Source of the DNA: a virus
Taxonomy: Duplodnaviria > Caudoviricetes
IMG/VR virus record: IMGVR_UViG_3300031760_005061
Coordinates: 32,065-96,064 of that record
Strand: one strand, 5' to 3'
Length of the DNA: 64,000 nt
Shown here: one piece after another, positions 1-10,675 of the stretch
Layout: each line of letters starts with the position of its first letter
Numbering within the stretch: the first letter of the stretch is position 1
Notes under the pieces: generated by a model
What the model was told of the DNA's origin: nothing
The model's database searches: none
What the model saw: the letters and a program-made list of their open reading frames with translations, nothing else
Position numbers and translations under genes: made by a program

Positions 1-1695
1 TCCGACGGTAAAATATCAATAGACACATCAAACGCAACAGACGGATATATTCTGTATGCCGTCGAGGAAGAGGTAGACGGCGTTACAAAACTTGTAGTGC
101 GCTGGGGCGTTCCGCCCACCGGCAACTATATCGACCTCTTAAACAAGCCGTCTATTAACGGCGTTACATTAATAGGGAATAAAACAACCTCAGACTTACA
201 TTTTCCGGTTTATACAGATATGACCGGAGCATCTGCATCTACAGCCGGCACATCCGGTCTTGTTCCCGCTCCGGCCGCCGGAGACCAAGAGAAATTTTTG
301 CGTGGAGACGGCGTGTGGGGCGTTGTAGAGACAACCGATACAAAGTATACCGCCGGCGCAAATATTGCGATAGACGCGAACGACAACAATAAAATCTCCG
401 TTTCGTCGGGTAGCGCCGGGCAGACATTCTTTTTGAAGTCTGACGGTAACGGTGGAGCGACGTGGTCTAGCGCACTTGTGCGTTCAGTCAATAACAGAAC
501 CGGTGATTTGATTATGTATCCTCAGATTGGTTCTGGCGCAAATGCACTGTTCTTCTCGCCGCAAATGTCGGCTAGTGATGCGTCTGGCGATTATTCCGAA
601 GCACACGGCTACCAAACGAAATCTGCTGGTAACGGCGGTGTTACTTTTGGGTACAAGACAAAGACCGGCGCAAACGCAGCGTATGCTGAAGCGCACGGCT
701 CTGAAACTACCGCGTCTGGTAATTACTCTGTCGCATTTGGCGGAGGAACAACTGCGTACGGCGCAAATAGTTTTGCGGTCGGTTTGGGTACAATGGCAAG
801 AGGAGACTATAGCTTTGCTGCGGGAGATAGGAACCAAGCGATTGGACAAGGCTCCTTTGCGGTAGGCAACCAATCTTATGCGAATGGAGTATATAGTTTT
901 GCGTCCGGAGCGTCAAATGCAAATGGTAATTACTCGTTTGCGGCGAACTACGGAGGAGCAACGGGCGAGCGCTCTGCTGCCTTTGGTTTATACACAACCG
1001 CATCCGGCGTAAACTCGTTTGCCGCTGGATGGAATACCAAGGCGTCTGGTAGCAGTGCTGCTGCGTTCGGACGTAACAGCAACGCTATAGGTCAGTATTC
1101 GTTTGCAGCCGGAGCTTCACGCGCAGAGGGGACATATTCAGCCGCGTTCGGTAACGCAAGCGCTACCGGGCTGAATGCGTTTGCTGCCGGAGGCAGCTCT
1201 ACGGTTGCATCAGAAGACAACAGCGCAATATTTGGTTTAAAAGGAACTACTCCGGTCGGCGCATTATTCACAATTGCAAACGGTTCGCTTACTCCGTCAA
1301 CGGCATTTAACGTATATGCGAATGGTAACATTGAGGCGGGTGTAGGTTGGACACCTACCGCTGACAACCACCTTGCGACCAAGAAATACGTGGATGATAA
1401 TGGCGGTGGCGGCGGAACTCCGGACTGGAATGACATACAAAACAAACCGGCATCATATCCGCCATCGGCACACACGCACGTATATTCGGATATTACCAAT
1501 CCGCCTACCATTCCGGTCGCCGGACAGATTGCAATCGGCGATACCGGTTATGCAACCGGCGGAGATGTGTTCACGGCGTTTGGTTCGTTGTCGACCGTTG
1601 CAAGTACCGGCGACTATCAAGATTTAATAAACCTTCCGAGCGGCATGATGATTCAGCAAGATGCCGGCGGATATTATATAGAAACGGGGGTATAA
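1..1695 (+). CDS. Tail fibre/adhesin with YadA-like (Hep/Hag) head repeats, 5' partial
   Basis: Frame is open from base 1. About 14-aa repeats (ASGxxSFAxG) and fibre motifs (GxYxDLxNKP, PPSAHTH). Confidence 0.8.
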   Translation, partial: SDGKISIDTSNATDGYILYAVEEEVDGVTKLVVRWGVPPTGNYIDLLNKPSINGVTLIGNKTTSDLHFPVYTDMTGASASTAGTSGLVPAPAAGDQEKFLRGDGVWGVVETTDTKYTAGANIAIDANDNNKISVSSGSAGQTFFLKSDGNGGATWSSALVRSVNNRTGDLIMYPQIGSGANALFFSPQMSASDASGDYSEAHGYQTKSAGNGGVTFGYKTKTGANAAYAEAHGSETTASGNYSVAFGGGTTAYGANSFAVGLGTMARGDYSFAAGDRNQAIGQGSFAVGNQSYANGVYSFASGASNANGNYSFAANYGGATGERSAAFGLYTTASGVNSFAAGWNTKASGSSAAAFGRNSNAIGQYSFAAGASRAEGTYSAAFGNASATGLNAFAAGGSSTVASEDNSAIFGLKGTTPVGALFTIANGSLTPSTAFNVYANGNIEAGVGWTPTADNHLATKKYVDDNGGGGGTPDWNDIQNKPASYPPSAHTHVYSDITNPPTIPVAGQIAIGDTGYATGGDVFTAFGSLSTVASTGDYQDLINLPSGMMIQQDAGGYYIETGV

Positions 1696-1698
1696 CAT

Positions 1699-2814
1699 AT
1701 GAGTAAAATATATATACCCACTTACTCAGACATAAAAATAAATAACGGGAAAGAGTTACAGTTAAAGGCGTCCGGCTCAAGCAAGACACTCGCTGAATGT
1801 GAGCTGGGTGAGATAGTTCACATTCCCGAAACCATTAACAACGTAAAAGATTTTCACGATTATATAGTAGTTGAGAAAAATCAAGATAACGTTGTACTTT
1901 TAAGGAAGTATGTTGCAAGTGGAGATAGTGGCGCAATAAGTCAAGACCATAATGTTTATGTTCACGGTAGTTATTATGCAACTGGCAACACGACTCATTA
2001 TGCAGATAATTGGTGTACAACCACATTTTATAATAGGTTTTCTGATATTACAAAGGAATATATTTCTCAAAAAGTAATAAAGATTATTACTAACGAAAAC
2101 GGTGGAACTGAAAATTTTACTCGCAAGGTTTTCTTACCATCTATTGATGAACTTGGTGGAACACCCAATATAGGTAGCGGTGAAGGAACAAGCGTTTGGT
2201 TCACATCTAATGCAGATAGGGTTGCATTAAGTGAAACAGATAAAACAACGGCGGTTCAATATTGGACAAGAACCTTACACGCTCTTACTATATCGTCACA
2301 TAATCACTATGTCTTTGATTATGTGACAACCAGTGGAGCATTTTCTACACAAAATTATACGGGAACAACAAGCAAACCATACCGTCCAGCAATAGTGTTT
2401 CTGCCCAATACCCCTCTTAATAGCAGCAATCAGTTCATCGATGAAGTAACTTACACCGACACGATTCACGAGATCAGATTTGGCGACGACATATATAAAA
2501 TCAAAGACTCTGACGCTCGCGACCTATTAGCTGCTTTACAGACAGCAGTTAATGGAAAGCAAGACACGCTAACACAGGGTAGCAATATTTCGATTTCTAA
2601 CAATGTTATATCTGCTATAGTCCCAGTGCAAGGCACAATTGAAAGTGGCGATACCGGTTATGCAACTGGTGGCGACGTTTATTCGGCTCTACAAGGCGTA
2701 AGTGGCTGGGTGGTATCAGACACCGAACCAAGCGATATGTCTGTATTATGGATAGATCCGACAGATAACACTATTGACGCAACGCTTGTTGATGCCGATA
2801 GTCAAGGATATTAA
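1699..2814 (+). CDS. Tail-associated protein with DUF6273-like (CLec-type) domain
   Basis: VVLLRKY...RKVFLPSIDEL...YWTRT...YRPA motif series; C-terminal GKQDTLTQG fibre motif. Confidence 0.6.
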   Translation: MSKIYIPTYSDIKINNGKELQLKASGSSKTLAECELGEIVHIPETINNVKDFHDYIVVEKNQDNVVLLRKYVASGDSGAISQDHNVYVHGSYYATGNTTHYADNWCTTTFYNRFSDITKEYISQKVIKIITNENGGTENFTRKVFLPSIDELGGTPNIGSGEGTSVWFTSNADRVALSETDKTTAVQYWTRTLHALTISSHNHYVFDYVTTSGAFSTQNYTGTTSKPYRPAIVFLPNTPLNSSNQFIDEVTYTDTIHEIRFGDDIYKIKDSDARDLLAALQTAVNGKQDTLTQGSNISISNNVISAIVPVQGTIESGDTGYATGGDVYSALQGVSGWVVSDTEPSDMSVLWIDPTDNTIDATLVDADSQGY

Positions 2815-2826
2815 GGAGGTGTAGTT

Positions 2827-3627
2827 ATGCCAAGAATAAAATATCACGATCCAGTAACTGGTGAAGTTAAATACGCAGATATGGTTATACAGTCGCCTCT
2901 GCCGACAGGAACGGCAAACGGCGATATTCTTGTATGGGATAATGATAATCAGGTATGGGTGGTAAGACAACCGTCAAGATTACCTGCGGAATATCAAGAG
3001 GTTGAATATATTGAAAGCACAGGAACGCAGTATATCGACACGGGATATGTGCCGAAATCGACAACAAAATGGGAATTAGTTTTTCAAACAATCACAGGGT
3101 CAGCAGATTTAAGTTGTAGAAACGGCAGGCACGGAGGTGGTGATGGAGAACGCTTTTCAATAGGCGCAGCATCAATCAACTCGTTATCATTCACCTCGTC
3201 AACAAATTCAATGTCAGTTCACATCGGCTCGGCTTTTGAAACAACCGTATCGTTCACGCAGAATATAGGAAAAACATCAAGAGATTTTCCGTATGCTTTA
3301 ATAAAGAAAAAAGTTACTATTGATGCAAGCAATATGACTTACGATATGAATGACGGAGAATGGAGCGGAACGATAAGTGCGACACTTACGCTCGCAAATC
3401 AAAGTCATTTATATCTTTTCGCACGAAGTCTCACAGATGGCACATTCGATGGTTGCGGAACACAAAACATATACTCGCACAAAATATGGGAAAACGGTGT
3501 AAAAGTTCAAGACTTTGTTCCTTGCTACCGAAAAGCAGACGGAGTAATCGGAATGTATGACATAGTAAATGATGTGTTCTATCAAAACGCAGGCACAGGC
3601 ACATTCACAAAGGGGGCAGATGTATGA
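2827..3627 (+). CDS. Tail-associated / receptor-binding protein
   Basis: LPAEYQEVEYIESTGTQYIDTG and FVPCYRKADGVIGMYD...FYQNAGTGTF motifs typical of clostridial phage fibre domains; GGAGG RBS. Confidence 0.6.
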   Translation: MPRIKYHDPVTGEVKYADMVIQSPLPTGTANGDILVWDNDNQVWVVRQPSRLPAEYQEVEYIESTGTQYIDTGYVPKSTTKWELVFQTITGSADLSCRNGRHGGGDGERFSIGAASINSLSFTSSTNSMSVHIGSAFETTVSFTQNIGKTSRDFPYALIKKKVTIDASNMTYDMNDGEWSGTISATLTLANQSHLYLFARSLTDGTFDGCGTQNIYSHKIWENGVKVQDFVPCYRKADGVIGMYDIVNDVFYQNAGTGTFTKGADV

Positions 3628-4271
3628 GTTTAGGTATAACAGACACTCAAAACTACGCCGACATAGCAGACGCAATACGAGCGAAAAACGGCTCGGCAGA
3701 CACATACACACCCTCCGAAATGGCTACGGCAATCGGGGACTTGCCGACACCGACACCCGTTACAAAAGGGCTTGTTTTCAGCGATTATGATGCAGACGGT
3801 TTTCCTACAAAAGCGGAAATAGTCGGTATGACAAATATTCCCGACAACTATGCAAACAGTATATTTTATTCTACAACTGGTATTTGCAAAAATATTGATG
3901 AAGTAATACTCAACGAGGGATTACAAACAATAGGGCTTAGTTCATTTGCTTACGGTAGCACCCTTAAACGAGTTACTTTTCCTGCGAGTTTTGTAACATT
4001 CACATCCAATGGTGCATTTGGGAATAGCCCATTTTTATCAGTTATTTTTAAAAAAGATGTTCAACGAATAAGGACAAACACCTTTGGAAACGCGAGTGGT
4101 TGTGAATTATATGATTTTAGCAACGCAACCTTTGTTCCTATATTAGATAGTGCGATGTCTTTAAAACATAAAAACGGTTGTGTAATAAAAGTGCCTCAAT
4201 CCTTACTTGCAGAATGGCAGACAACGGCAGTATGGCAAGATTTAACAAATGTAGTATGGCAAGGCGTATGA
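3624..4271 (+). CDS. BspA-type leucine-rich-repeat protein
   Basis: LNEGLQTIGLSSF / VTFPASF repeats; N-terminal IADAIRAKNG...TPSEMATAI motif. Confidence 0.65.
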   Translation: MSLGITDTQNYADIADAIRAKNGSADTYTPSEMATAIGDLPTPTPVTKGLVFSDYDADGFPTKAEIVGMTNIPDNYANSIFYSTTGICKNIDEVILNEGLQTIGLSSFAYGSTLKRVTFPASFVTFTSNGAFGNSPFLSVIFKKDVQRIRTNTFGNASGCELYDFSNATFVPILDSAMSLKHKNGCVIKVPQSLLAEWQTTAVWQDLTNVVWQGV

Positions 4272-4729
4272 GAAAATTTACAGCAATATACATCACCCTT
4301 GCCCTCTTGCTCTCAACAATTATGATAGCAAGGGCAACACGGCAAGATTGGATAGCGATACCCTCCGTAAACATAAGCGAGCGTTTGCAGTATGCAGACT
4401 TGAATATGGACACGCAGACAATTTGCGATAAGCGAGACCGAGCCGTTGCATACGATTACAGAGGGAGCATAAGCATAGCAGACCACAATCATCAAGGGTT
4501 TAAGAATTTACACAAAGTCAAGGTCGGGGACACGGCAACGGTTATACTGCACGGCAAGGTAACGCAATATCGGTGTATCCGCAAATTCAACGGCATTAAT
4601 AAGAAGGCATACTTAACCGACAACAATGGCAGAATAGTCGAGATTACAAAAAATCAAGTGATTATTTATACGTGTTTAAAGGGATATACACGGCGTATCG
4701 TAATCACGAAATGGCAAAGAATAAGGTAA
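4268..4729 (+). CDS. Sortase-like cysteine transpeptidase, membrane anchored
   Basis: N-terminal TM helix; ADHN..GF.NL..VKVGD (His), IIYTC (Cys) and downstream Arg. ATGA overlap with the previous stop. Confidence 0.65.
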   Translation: MRKFTAIYITLALLLSTIMIARATRQDWIAIPSVNISERLQYADLNMDTQTICDKRDRAVAYDYRGSISIADHNHQGFKNLHKVKVGDTATVILHGKVTQYRCIRKFNGINKKAYLTDNNGRIVEITKNQVIIYTCLKGYTRRIVITKWQRIR

Positions 4730-4745
4730 AATATGGAGGGATATT

Positions 4746-4922
4746 ATGGAATTTTGGGAAGCAATTGTTGAATGCGTAAACGCAATCATCGACGGCGTTA
4801 GCACATACGTGCATTCGCCGGAAGCAATTATCATCGACACCAGACTCGCAGATCTGGTCAAATACTGCTCAGACCAAGCAGTATATATTATAAGAGATTT
4901 TCTCGATGTGTTCGGGAGATAA
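4746..4922 (+). CDS. Small hypothetical protein (58 aa)
   Basis: GGAGG RBS then ATG GAA TTT TGG; open to TAA. Not in the ORF track. Confidence 0.55.
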   Translation: MEFWEAIVECVNAIIDGVSTYVHSPEAIIIDTRLADLVKYCSDQAVYIIRDFLDVFGR

Positions 4923-4951
4923 TAAAACTACAATTTTAAAGGAGGAATTTT

Positions 4952-5929
4952 GTGAAAGACTTTGATGTTTTTGACATAAAAGAAAAGTGGTTCAAAGAAA
5001 CCGCTCCTCAGAATTACGCGTCCGGTTCTACCGAAGGTGTTCCGGCTCGCACCCCTTCTATAGTTATAGATAAAGCAAACGACGCACTGTATATGTGCGC
5101 AATAGCAGACCCCACAGTATACAATACCGGCTGGAAGAAGTATGTTGTTGATGGTGGCGGCGGAGACTATGACTACGAGTTTGTTGTAGACGTAGACCCC
5201 TCGTCCTCTTCGATAACGCTGAGTCCCAGCGGTACTGGTATTACTTTAAAATCTAGCGACACTGTAAAGGTTACTCTTTCTAATGCAACAATTGCTTTAT
5301 TAGAGCAGGAGCAGTTAACGATTGTTGGAACCACATTTACTGGGTCTGCGGCAGCGTTTGGTAAAAAGATTGCGTACACATCGATGTCTGGTGTTGAGAG
5401 GACAATATCGAGTAGTATCATTGGTATAAATTATGGAGTAGTCGCTGCGAGAGAGGGTCAAGATCAGATTAATTTCAACCTTGTTATATATAATGCATCT
5501 GGAGGATTAGGCGTAGACTTTATTATGTCTACTAATCACACAATTACCATAACAGCGTCTCCAGACCAAAGCGGCAATTTTGTTTATCTACTGTCGGAGG
5601 AAAGCGGACGGGAAGTAGCAAGCTCTCTTGACGTAGCGCAAATCAGTCTGTCGGATACATTAAAAACAATCCTAACTCAGACCGGTAATGTTATTGATAA
5701 AGATACGTTTGAAGTAGAAGGAACGGTAGCAAGCTCTAATATTGTAATAGACACTACGGCTCCGAGCCAGACCGGGGACGAATACCATTTCACAATAAAA
5801 ACCGAAGATATATATTTTGATATCGGACAATTCGCTCACAGCTCTAACGAAACATATACATTGCTGGGTTATGTAGGTACTAACACATCTTCTTATCAGC
5901 CCGGTGTTATTATTCAACCGGCTTCTTAA
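4952..5929 (+). CDS. Hypothetical beta-rich, Ser/Thr-rich protein (possible virion decoration)
   Basis: 325-aa ORF, AGGAGG RBS, own terminator. Confidence 0.6.
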   Translation: MKDFDVFDIKEKWFKETAPQNYASGSTEGVPARTPSIVIDKANDALYMCAIADPTVYNTGWKKYVVDGGGGDYDYEFVVDVDPSSSSITLSPSGTGITLKSSDTVKVTLSNATIALLEQEQLTIVGTTFTGSAAAFGKKIAYTSMSGVERTISSSIIGINYGVVAAREGQDQINFNLVIYNASGGLGVDFIMSTNHTITITASPDQSGNFVYLLSEESGREVASSLDVAQISLSDTLKTILTQTGNVIDKDTFEVEGTVASSNIVIDTTAPSQTGDEYHFTIKTEDIYFDIGQFAHSSNETYTLLGYVGTNTSSYQPGVIIQPAS

Positions 5930-5937
5930 GTATAAAC

Positions 5938-5962
5938 AAAGGGGCGCGTAGTGCGCCCCTTT
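5938..5962 (+). terminator. Intrinsic terminator-like hairpin
   Basis: AAAGGGGCGC-gtagt-GCGCCCCTTT. Confidence 0.7.
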
Positions 5963-5987
5963 CACCTAATTATAGGAGGTGAAAACA

Positions 5988-8549
5988 ATAGAAAGCTTAA
6001 AGCAAAGCATTCTGAATAAGATTGCGCTTATTAAAGGGTTCGCGATAAACATCCTAAATAAACTTGCGGAAGAAAACGCTGGTTTTATAGGACATACTGT
6101 CGCAAAAATCGCAGAAGACATACTTAGTCTTTTCGGCGAAATAGATACGTTAACCGGCAACCCGAATGTTGCACAATACAAGGTGCGTAAATATACAATG
6201 GACACCAACGGTAACTATGGTAATCCGGTGGAAGAAATACATTCGTGGATATGGGATGAAGAAATATCTGTAGATACTGCGGAGTTAAGTACCGGATTTT
6301 CGTATAACAAAACATATCCGGGTTATTATGCCACTGGGACAATTAACGAAGACGGTAGTACCGTATTTGACGTATATATTAAGCGCAATACATACTCACT
6401 CAGTCTGGTAGTAACAGATAGTTTACATCCGGGATATATTATCGTTGATGGAGAAACCTACGAGTATACCTATGTTATTTCTTTATTATATGGACAAAAT
6501 GTGTCCATTGAACGTTATATTCCGTTATGCGATGGATATACATTTAACACGTGGGATCAAGCGGTGCCAAGTACAATGCCAGCAAGCAATGTGTTATTAA
6601 GAGCTACATGGACGACAAATACATACACGGTTTCATGGAATGTGGATGGCGTTATAACAACACAGACATATGAATATATGGCAACCATAGTACCTCCGCA
6701 GAATCCTTGGAAAGAGGGGTACACATTTACCGGATGGACTCCTTCGGTTGCTCAGACAATGCCGTACCAAAATTTGAGTTATGTGGCCGTATTTACACCC
6801 AATTTATACACATTAAATATTATATATCAAGCATGGGATGTGCTGGAGTTTGATGGTGTCATTCCATATGGATATGCTGGACAGGTTGAATATGATAGCT
6901 TCTTTAGTATACCATCTCCAACCGGCATTGGTAATGTAAACGGTAGCGATTATAATGTTTCCGGATACTATCCCGACCAGTCTATAATCGAGGGTGTTAT
7001 GCCGGCAGTCGAAGGATATACTTTTATTGTTACGTATTTTCCAGAAACCTATACAACCACTTGGGATGTAGATGGCAACCTTACTACCGAACAAGTTGTA
7101 TACCATCATTGGCCTGTTGGTATTCCAGATCCTACGAAAGAAGGGTATGTGTTTGATGGATGGTATCCTTATGTAAATATTCAACCGGCATATGATATCA
7201 CATATACAGCTCAATGGTATGAAAAAACATACCCGTATACTATTACTGTGTATACTATGAATGTCTTGGGAAACTATACGACACCAGCAACGTATACTTT
7301 TTACGGGGGAGCTGGAACGGAAATAAACGCAGAAAGTGTTGCTATAGATAGAGGTTGGATAACCGATTTGGATGGAGAGTTCTTTGATAGAGAGCATAGT
7401 GGTTATGACGCGATTGGAACTGTAGATCCAGAGCAAACCACCGAGCTAACTATCTATATCGGCAGAAACACTTTCATATTAACCTATCAGCAAAGATATG
7501 AAGACGATAGCGGGCATGATACGCCATATACTCAAATTATGTATACCGACACCGTGTATTTTGGATCCCCGGTAACAATGCCACCGGCGCCAAACGTAAA
7601 TGGATACTATTTTATATCATGGGATAACACAGATATTCATTCTGTACCTACATATAATGTAACATTTACGGCGCTATATAAAAAAACATACTCATTAAAG
7701 CTATTTTTAGATAGCGGAACGGCGACGTATGACTGGGAAGATGCAAGCTATGATAGTTCTAGCGATATATTAACGATTCGAGGACAGGGCGGCGTTGAGA
7801 TCCCGACAATCACAATGACGCTCGAAGGATATACCTTTGGCGGGTGGAATGTAGACTTGCCAGAAACTTTTTCGTATAGTAGCTACAGCGTGTCATACTC
7901 TTACAGGGCTCGATGGATTCCGCTTGTTCCTATAACGGCGACATATTATGCAACATACGGATATCTCTCACCAGACGAAGGCGATCCGGACGAAGACGAT
8001 CCGCGCATTATATACCTTCAAATAAAAAAAGAGTTTACCGGCCAGACGGGTGACACTGTGTTTGCCGATAGCGTTAAAATACCAAATGGAGAATTATGTG
8101 TAACTTTAGACACCGATGTTAGAAGCGGTGCGGGTACAACATATAACATAGTGGATAGTCTGCCGGCTGGTTCTGTAGTATATCCGCTTGAAAGGTCGGA
8201 TAACTGGATTAGAATCGGAACCAATAGGTGGATTGATTCGTTTTGGACTGACGATAATTATTATAGTTTGTTTACAACCGGAGGATGGCTTAATCCTAAC
8301 TTAGACTTTTGGAGTGCAAGTCAAAGTAGTTTCATACAAGATGAAATTGATGCATATCAAAGCCTATTTCCGGGGTGGAGAGTATATTGTCAATATGCTT
8401 TTGACACAGATAGTGCTATTGCATATGGTCCCGGCGATGTAGAGTATTTTACCAGCGGTATTATTACAACCGGCTCGTTAGGTCAAACAAATATTATGAT
8501 ACCACTTCGTAGATATAGAGAGAAAAATGGTGAGATTATACAGTTTTAA
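5988..8549 (+). CDS. InlB B-repeat (Flg_new) and SH3b domain protein
   Basis: Repeated P.KEGYTF.GW units; DVRSGAGTTYNIV...WIRIG SH3b motif. The GTG at 5979 lies inside the SD, so ATA 5988 is the likelier start. Confidence 0.7.
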   Translation: MESLKQSILNKIALIKGFAINILNKLAEENAGFIGHTVAKIAEDILSLFGEIDTLTGNPNVAQYKVRKYTMDTNGNYGNPVEEIHSWIWDEEISVDTAELSTGFSYNKTYPGYYATGTINEDGSTVFDVYIKRNTYSLSLVVTDSLHPGYIIVDGETYEYTYVISLLYGQNVSIERYIPLCDGYTFNTWDQAVPSTMPASNVLLRATWTTNTYTVSWNVDGVITTQTYEYMATIVPPQNPWKEGYTFTGWTPSVAQTMPYQNLSYVAVFTPNLYTLNIIYQAWDVLEFDGVIPYGYAGQVEYDSFFSIPSPTGIGNVNGSDYNVSGYYPDQSIIEGVMPAVEGYTFIVTYFPETYTTTWDVDGNLTTEQVVYHHWPVGIPDPTKEGYVFDGWYPYVNIQPAYDITYTAQWYEKTYPYTITVYTMNVLGNYTTPATYTFYGGAGTEINAESVAIDRGWITDLDGEFFDREHSGYDAIGTVDPEQTTELTIYIGRNTFILTYQQRYEDDSGHDTPYTQIMYTDTVYFGSPVTMPPAPNVNGYYFISWDNTDIHSVPTYNVTFTALYKKTYSLKLFLDSGTATYDWEDASYDSSSDILTIRGQGGVEIPTITMTLEGYTFGGWNVDLPETFSYSSYSVSYSYRARWIPLVPITATYYATYGYLSPDEGDPDEDDPRIIYLQIKKEFTGQTGDTVFADSVKIPNGELCVTLDTDVRSGAGTTYNIVDSLPAGSVVYPLERSDNWIRIGTNRWIDSFWTDDNYYSLFTTGGWLNPNLDFWSASQSSFIQDEIDAYQSLFPGWRVYCQYAFDTDSAIAYGPGDVEYFTSGIITTGSLGQTNIMIPLRRYREKNGEIIQF

Positions 8550-8568
8550 ATCAAGGAGACGATAATTT

Positions 8569-8946
8569 ATGAAAGAAGTACTTCTTTCAGTACTTAAGTG
8601 GGCGATTACCGCCTTACTTGCCGGCGGCGTTAGCTTTATCACCGCCCGGTATAAAATTCGCAAAGCTAAAAGCGAAGAAGCGGATCGCGCCATACAGGAT
8701 AAATTTGAAGCTCTGGAAGCAAAGGATGAGATTTTACAAGCAGCGATTCGCTCACTGCTACGACAAGAAATAATCGTAGCATACGAGAAATACACAGCGA
8801 TTGGATGGGCGCCGGTATATGTCAAGGACAATGTTCAAGAAATGTATGACTGCTATCATGCGATTGGAGGCAACGGAACTATTACACATCTTGTCGAGGA
8901 GTTTATGAATCTCCCAACAATGCCGAAGGAAAAATCTGAAACATGA
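8569..8946 (+). CDS. Lysis-cassette membrane protein (holin-like)
   Basis: N-terminal TM, coiled coil and Y..IGGNG motif; sits upstream of the lysin. Confidence 0.6.
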   Translation: MKEVLLSVLKWAITALLAGGVSFITARYKIRKAKSEEADRAIQDKFEALEAKDEILQAAIRSLLRQEIIVAYEKYTAIGWAPVYVKDNVQEMYDCYHAIGGNGTITHLVEEFMNLPTMPKEKSET

Positions 8947-9251
8947 AATTTCTTACGATTTCGGTAATCCTTAGTTTTGTAGCTTGCATTGTATTTACAG
9001 CAGTATGTCTTGTTCTTGGCTGTCTTGGATACGAAGTATCCGACACGCTTATCCAATATTTCTTCATCGTATTTGGCGTAGAGTTCGCATCTGCGGCTGC
9101 TATCCAAATCTTTAAATATAAAATCAAGAAACAGGAAACAAAAGATAATATTGATAATCTTAAAGAAAACGACTTGCCGGTTGAGCATGATGATGTAATC
9201 GGCGGATCGTCGGAAGATGATTATTACGACAGTGGAACCGTGTATGGATAA
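8943..9251 (+). CDS. Two-TM membrane protein (holin-like)
   Basis: Two hydrophobic helices; lysis cassette position. Confidence 0.55.
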   Translation: MKFLTISVILSFVACIVFTAVCLVLGCLGYEVSDTLIQYFFIVFGVEFASAAAIQIFKYKIKKQETKDNIDNLKENDLPVEHDDVIGGSSEDDYYDSGTVYG

Positions 9252-9287
9252 TACGTGGTTCCTTTCTTATTAAGGAGGTTTAGCCTA

Positions 9288-9686
9288 ATGCTTGAACTCA
9301 AAAATGTACTCATTGAGTGTCTTATCGCGGTTATTACTGTTACCGTACCTATCGTAACCAAGTTCTTAATCGCGTTCTTAAGGTCAAAGTCAACCGCAGT
9401 CAAAGAGACGGCGGCAACCGAAAACGAGCGTCGCATTCTCGAACAGATTGACCAAGCAGTAGAAGACTCCGTTGATTATGTTTCTCAGACTGTTGTTGAC
9501 ACACTGAAGTCGACCAATCAGTTTGATAAGGACGCACAGAGACAGGCGTTCCAGACCGCTCTCGTAACCACACTCAATGGCGTATCCGAAGAGGCGAGAA
9601 AGTTCTTATACGGCACGTATAACGATGTCACCGGTTTCCTTACAACCAAAATCGAAGCCGCCGTAAGACGTAACAAATTATTTTGA
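9288..9686 (+). CDS. Holin, LL-H-like
   Basis: N-terminal TM; AVEDSVDYVSQT and C-terminal KIEAAV motifs. Confidence 0.65.
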   Translation: MLELKNVLIECLIAVITVTVPIVTKFLIAFLRSKSTAVKETAATENERRILEQIDQAVEDSVDYVSQTVVDTLKSTNQFDKDAQRQAFQTALVTTLNGVSEEARKFLYGTYNDVTGFLTTKIEAAVRRNKLF

Positions 9687-9699
9687 GGAGGGCGTATGT

Positions 9700-10362
9700 A
9701 TGGCAAAATGTATGACCAAAACAGAATACCTCAAACAGGTAAAAGGGAAGAAGGTCGACACAGATGGCGTACCGGCAAATCAGCCGTTTCAGTGCGCCGA
9801 TCTTGTCAAGGATATGCTAAAAAAATGTTACGACATAGACTTCACGTTTACCCTCCCGGTTAAAAACCCTCACGGTTATGTTTACAGTTTATGGGAGAAC
9901 TTTGACAGCTATACCGCGTTACAGGGCGTGGCGGTAAGAATTAAAAACACCCCGAGATTTACACCCCAAGCTGGCGACATCGTGTTATGGAAACCTAACG
10001 CCAAAACGGAAAACGGTACTCCGTTAACCGGAGCCGCCGGACACACAGCGGCTGCTCTCGGCAAAAACACAGGGACTTCCAGATTCAAATCTCTGGATCA
10101 AAACTGGGGTGGAAAGTATTATGTTGCAGAAGTGAACCATTCCTACGACGGTATTTACGGCGTTGTAAGAATGCTTCTGAAATGCACCAAAGCTGACTTA
10201 AATGTACGCACTGGCCCCGGCACTAAATATCCGATAGCCAAAAAGGCAGACGGCGATGACTATGTTCTTCCGAAAGGAACCGTTGTTAAACCGATTGGAT
10301 ACGAAGGTAGTTGGGCGAAAATCGGTAAAGACCAGTGGGTATCAGCAAAATATCTTGACTAA
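9700..10362 (+). CDS. Endolysin, CHAP domain plus SH3b
   Basis: QCADL, PQAGDIVLW, GHTA, LDQNW (CHAP); LNVRTGPGT...WVSAKYL (SH3b). Confidence 0.9.
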   Translation: MAKCMTKTEYLKQVKGKKVDTDGVPANQPFQCADLVKDMLKKCYDIDFTFTLPVKNPHGYVYSLWENFDSYTALQGVAVRIKNTPRFTPQAGDIVLWKPNAKTENGTPLTGAAGHTAAALGKNTGTSRFKSLDQNWGGKYYVAEVNHSYDGIYGVVRMLLKCTKADLNVRTGPGTKYPIAKKADGDDYVLPKGTVVKPIGYEGSWAKIGKDQWVSAKYLD

Positions 10363-10380
10363 ACGTAGGTTAAATAAATT

Positions 10381-10418
10381 ATGGGCTACAGAAAATAATC
10401 TGTAGCCCATTTTTTTTG
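10381..10418 (+). terminator. Intrinsic terminator of late/lysis operon
   Basis: ATGGGCTACAGA-loop-TCTGTAGCCCAT followed by a T run. Confidence 0.9.
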
Positions 10419-10675
10419 CAATACCATTATGTCATATTCACGCTTTTCACTATGTTAAATTCGGCATTAATCACACTTTTCGGTAGTAAATAAGGGGTAT
10501 TAATCACACATTTTGTAACTTGTTGTTTTCATATGCAACAACAAGTTTACGCCCCATCGGGTATTGTTGAGGACATTTATGTCCGTATCAAACCCTATGC
10601 GGTTAACTACTTGACAAATGTCAAGTAGCACAGGTTGCGTACTATTAGATAATTACCGGAATAATAGGTTGCGTA

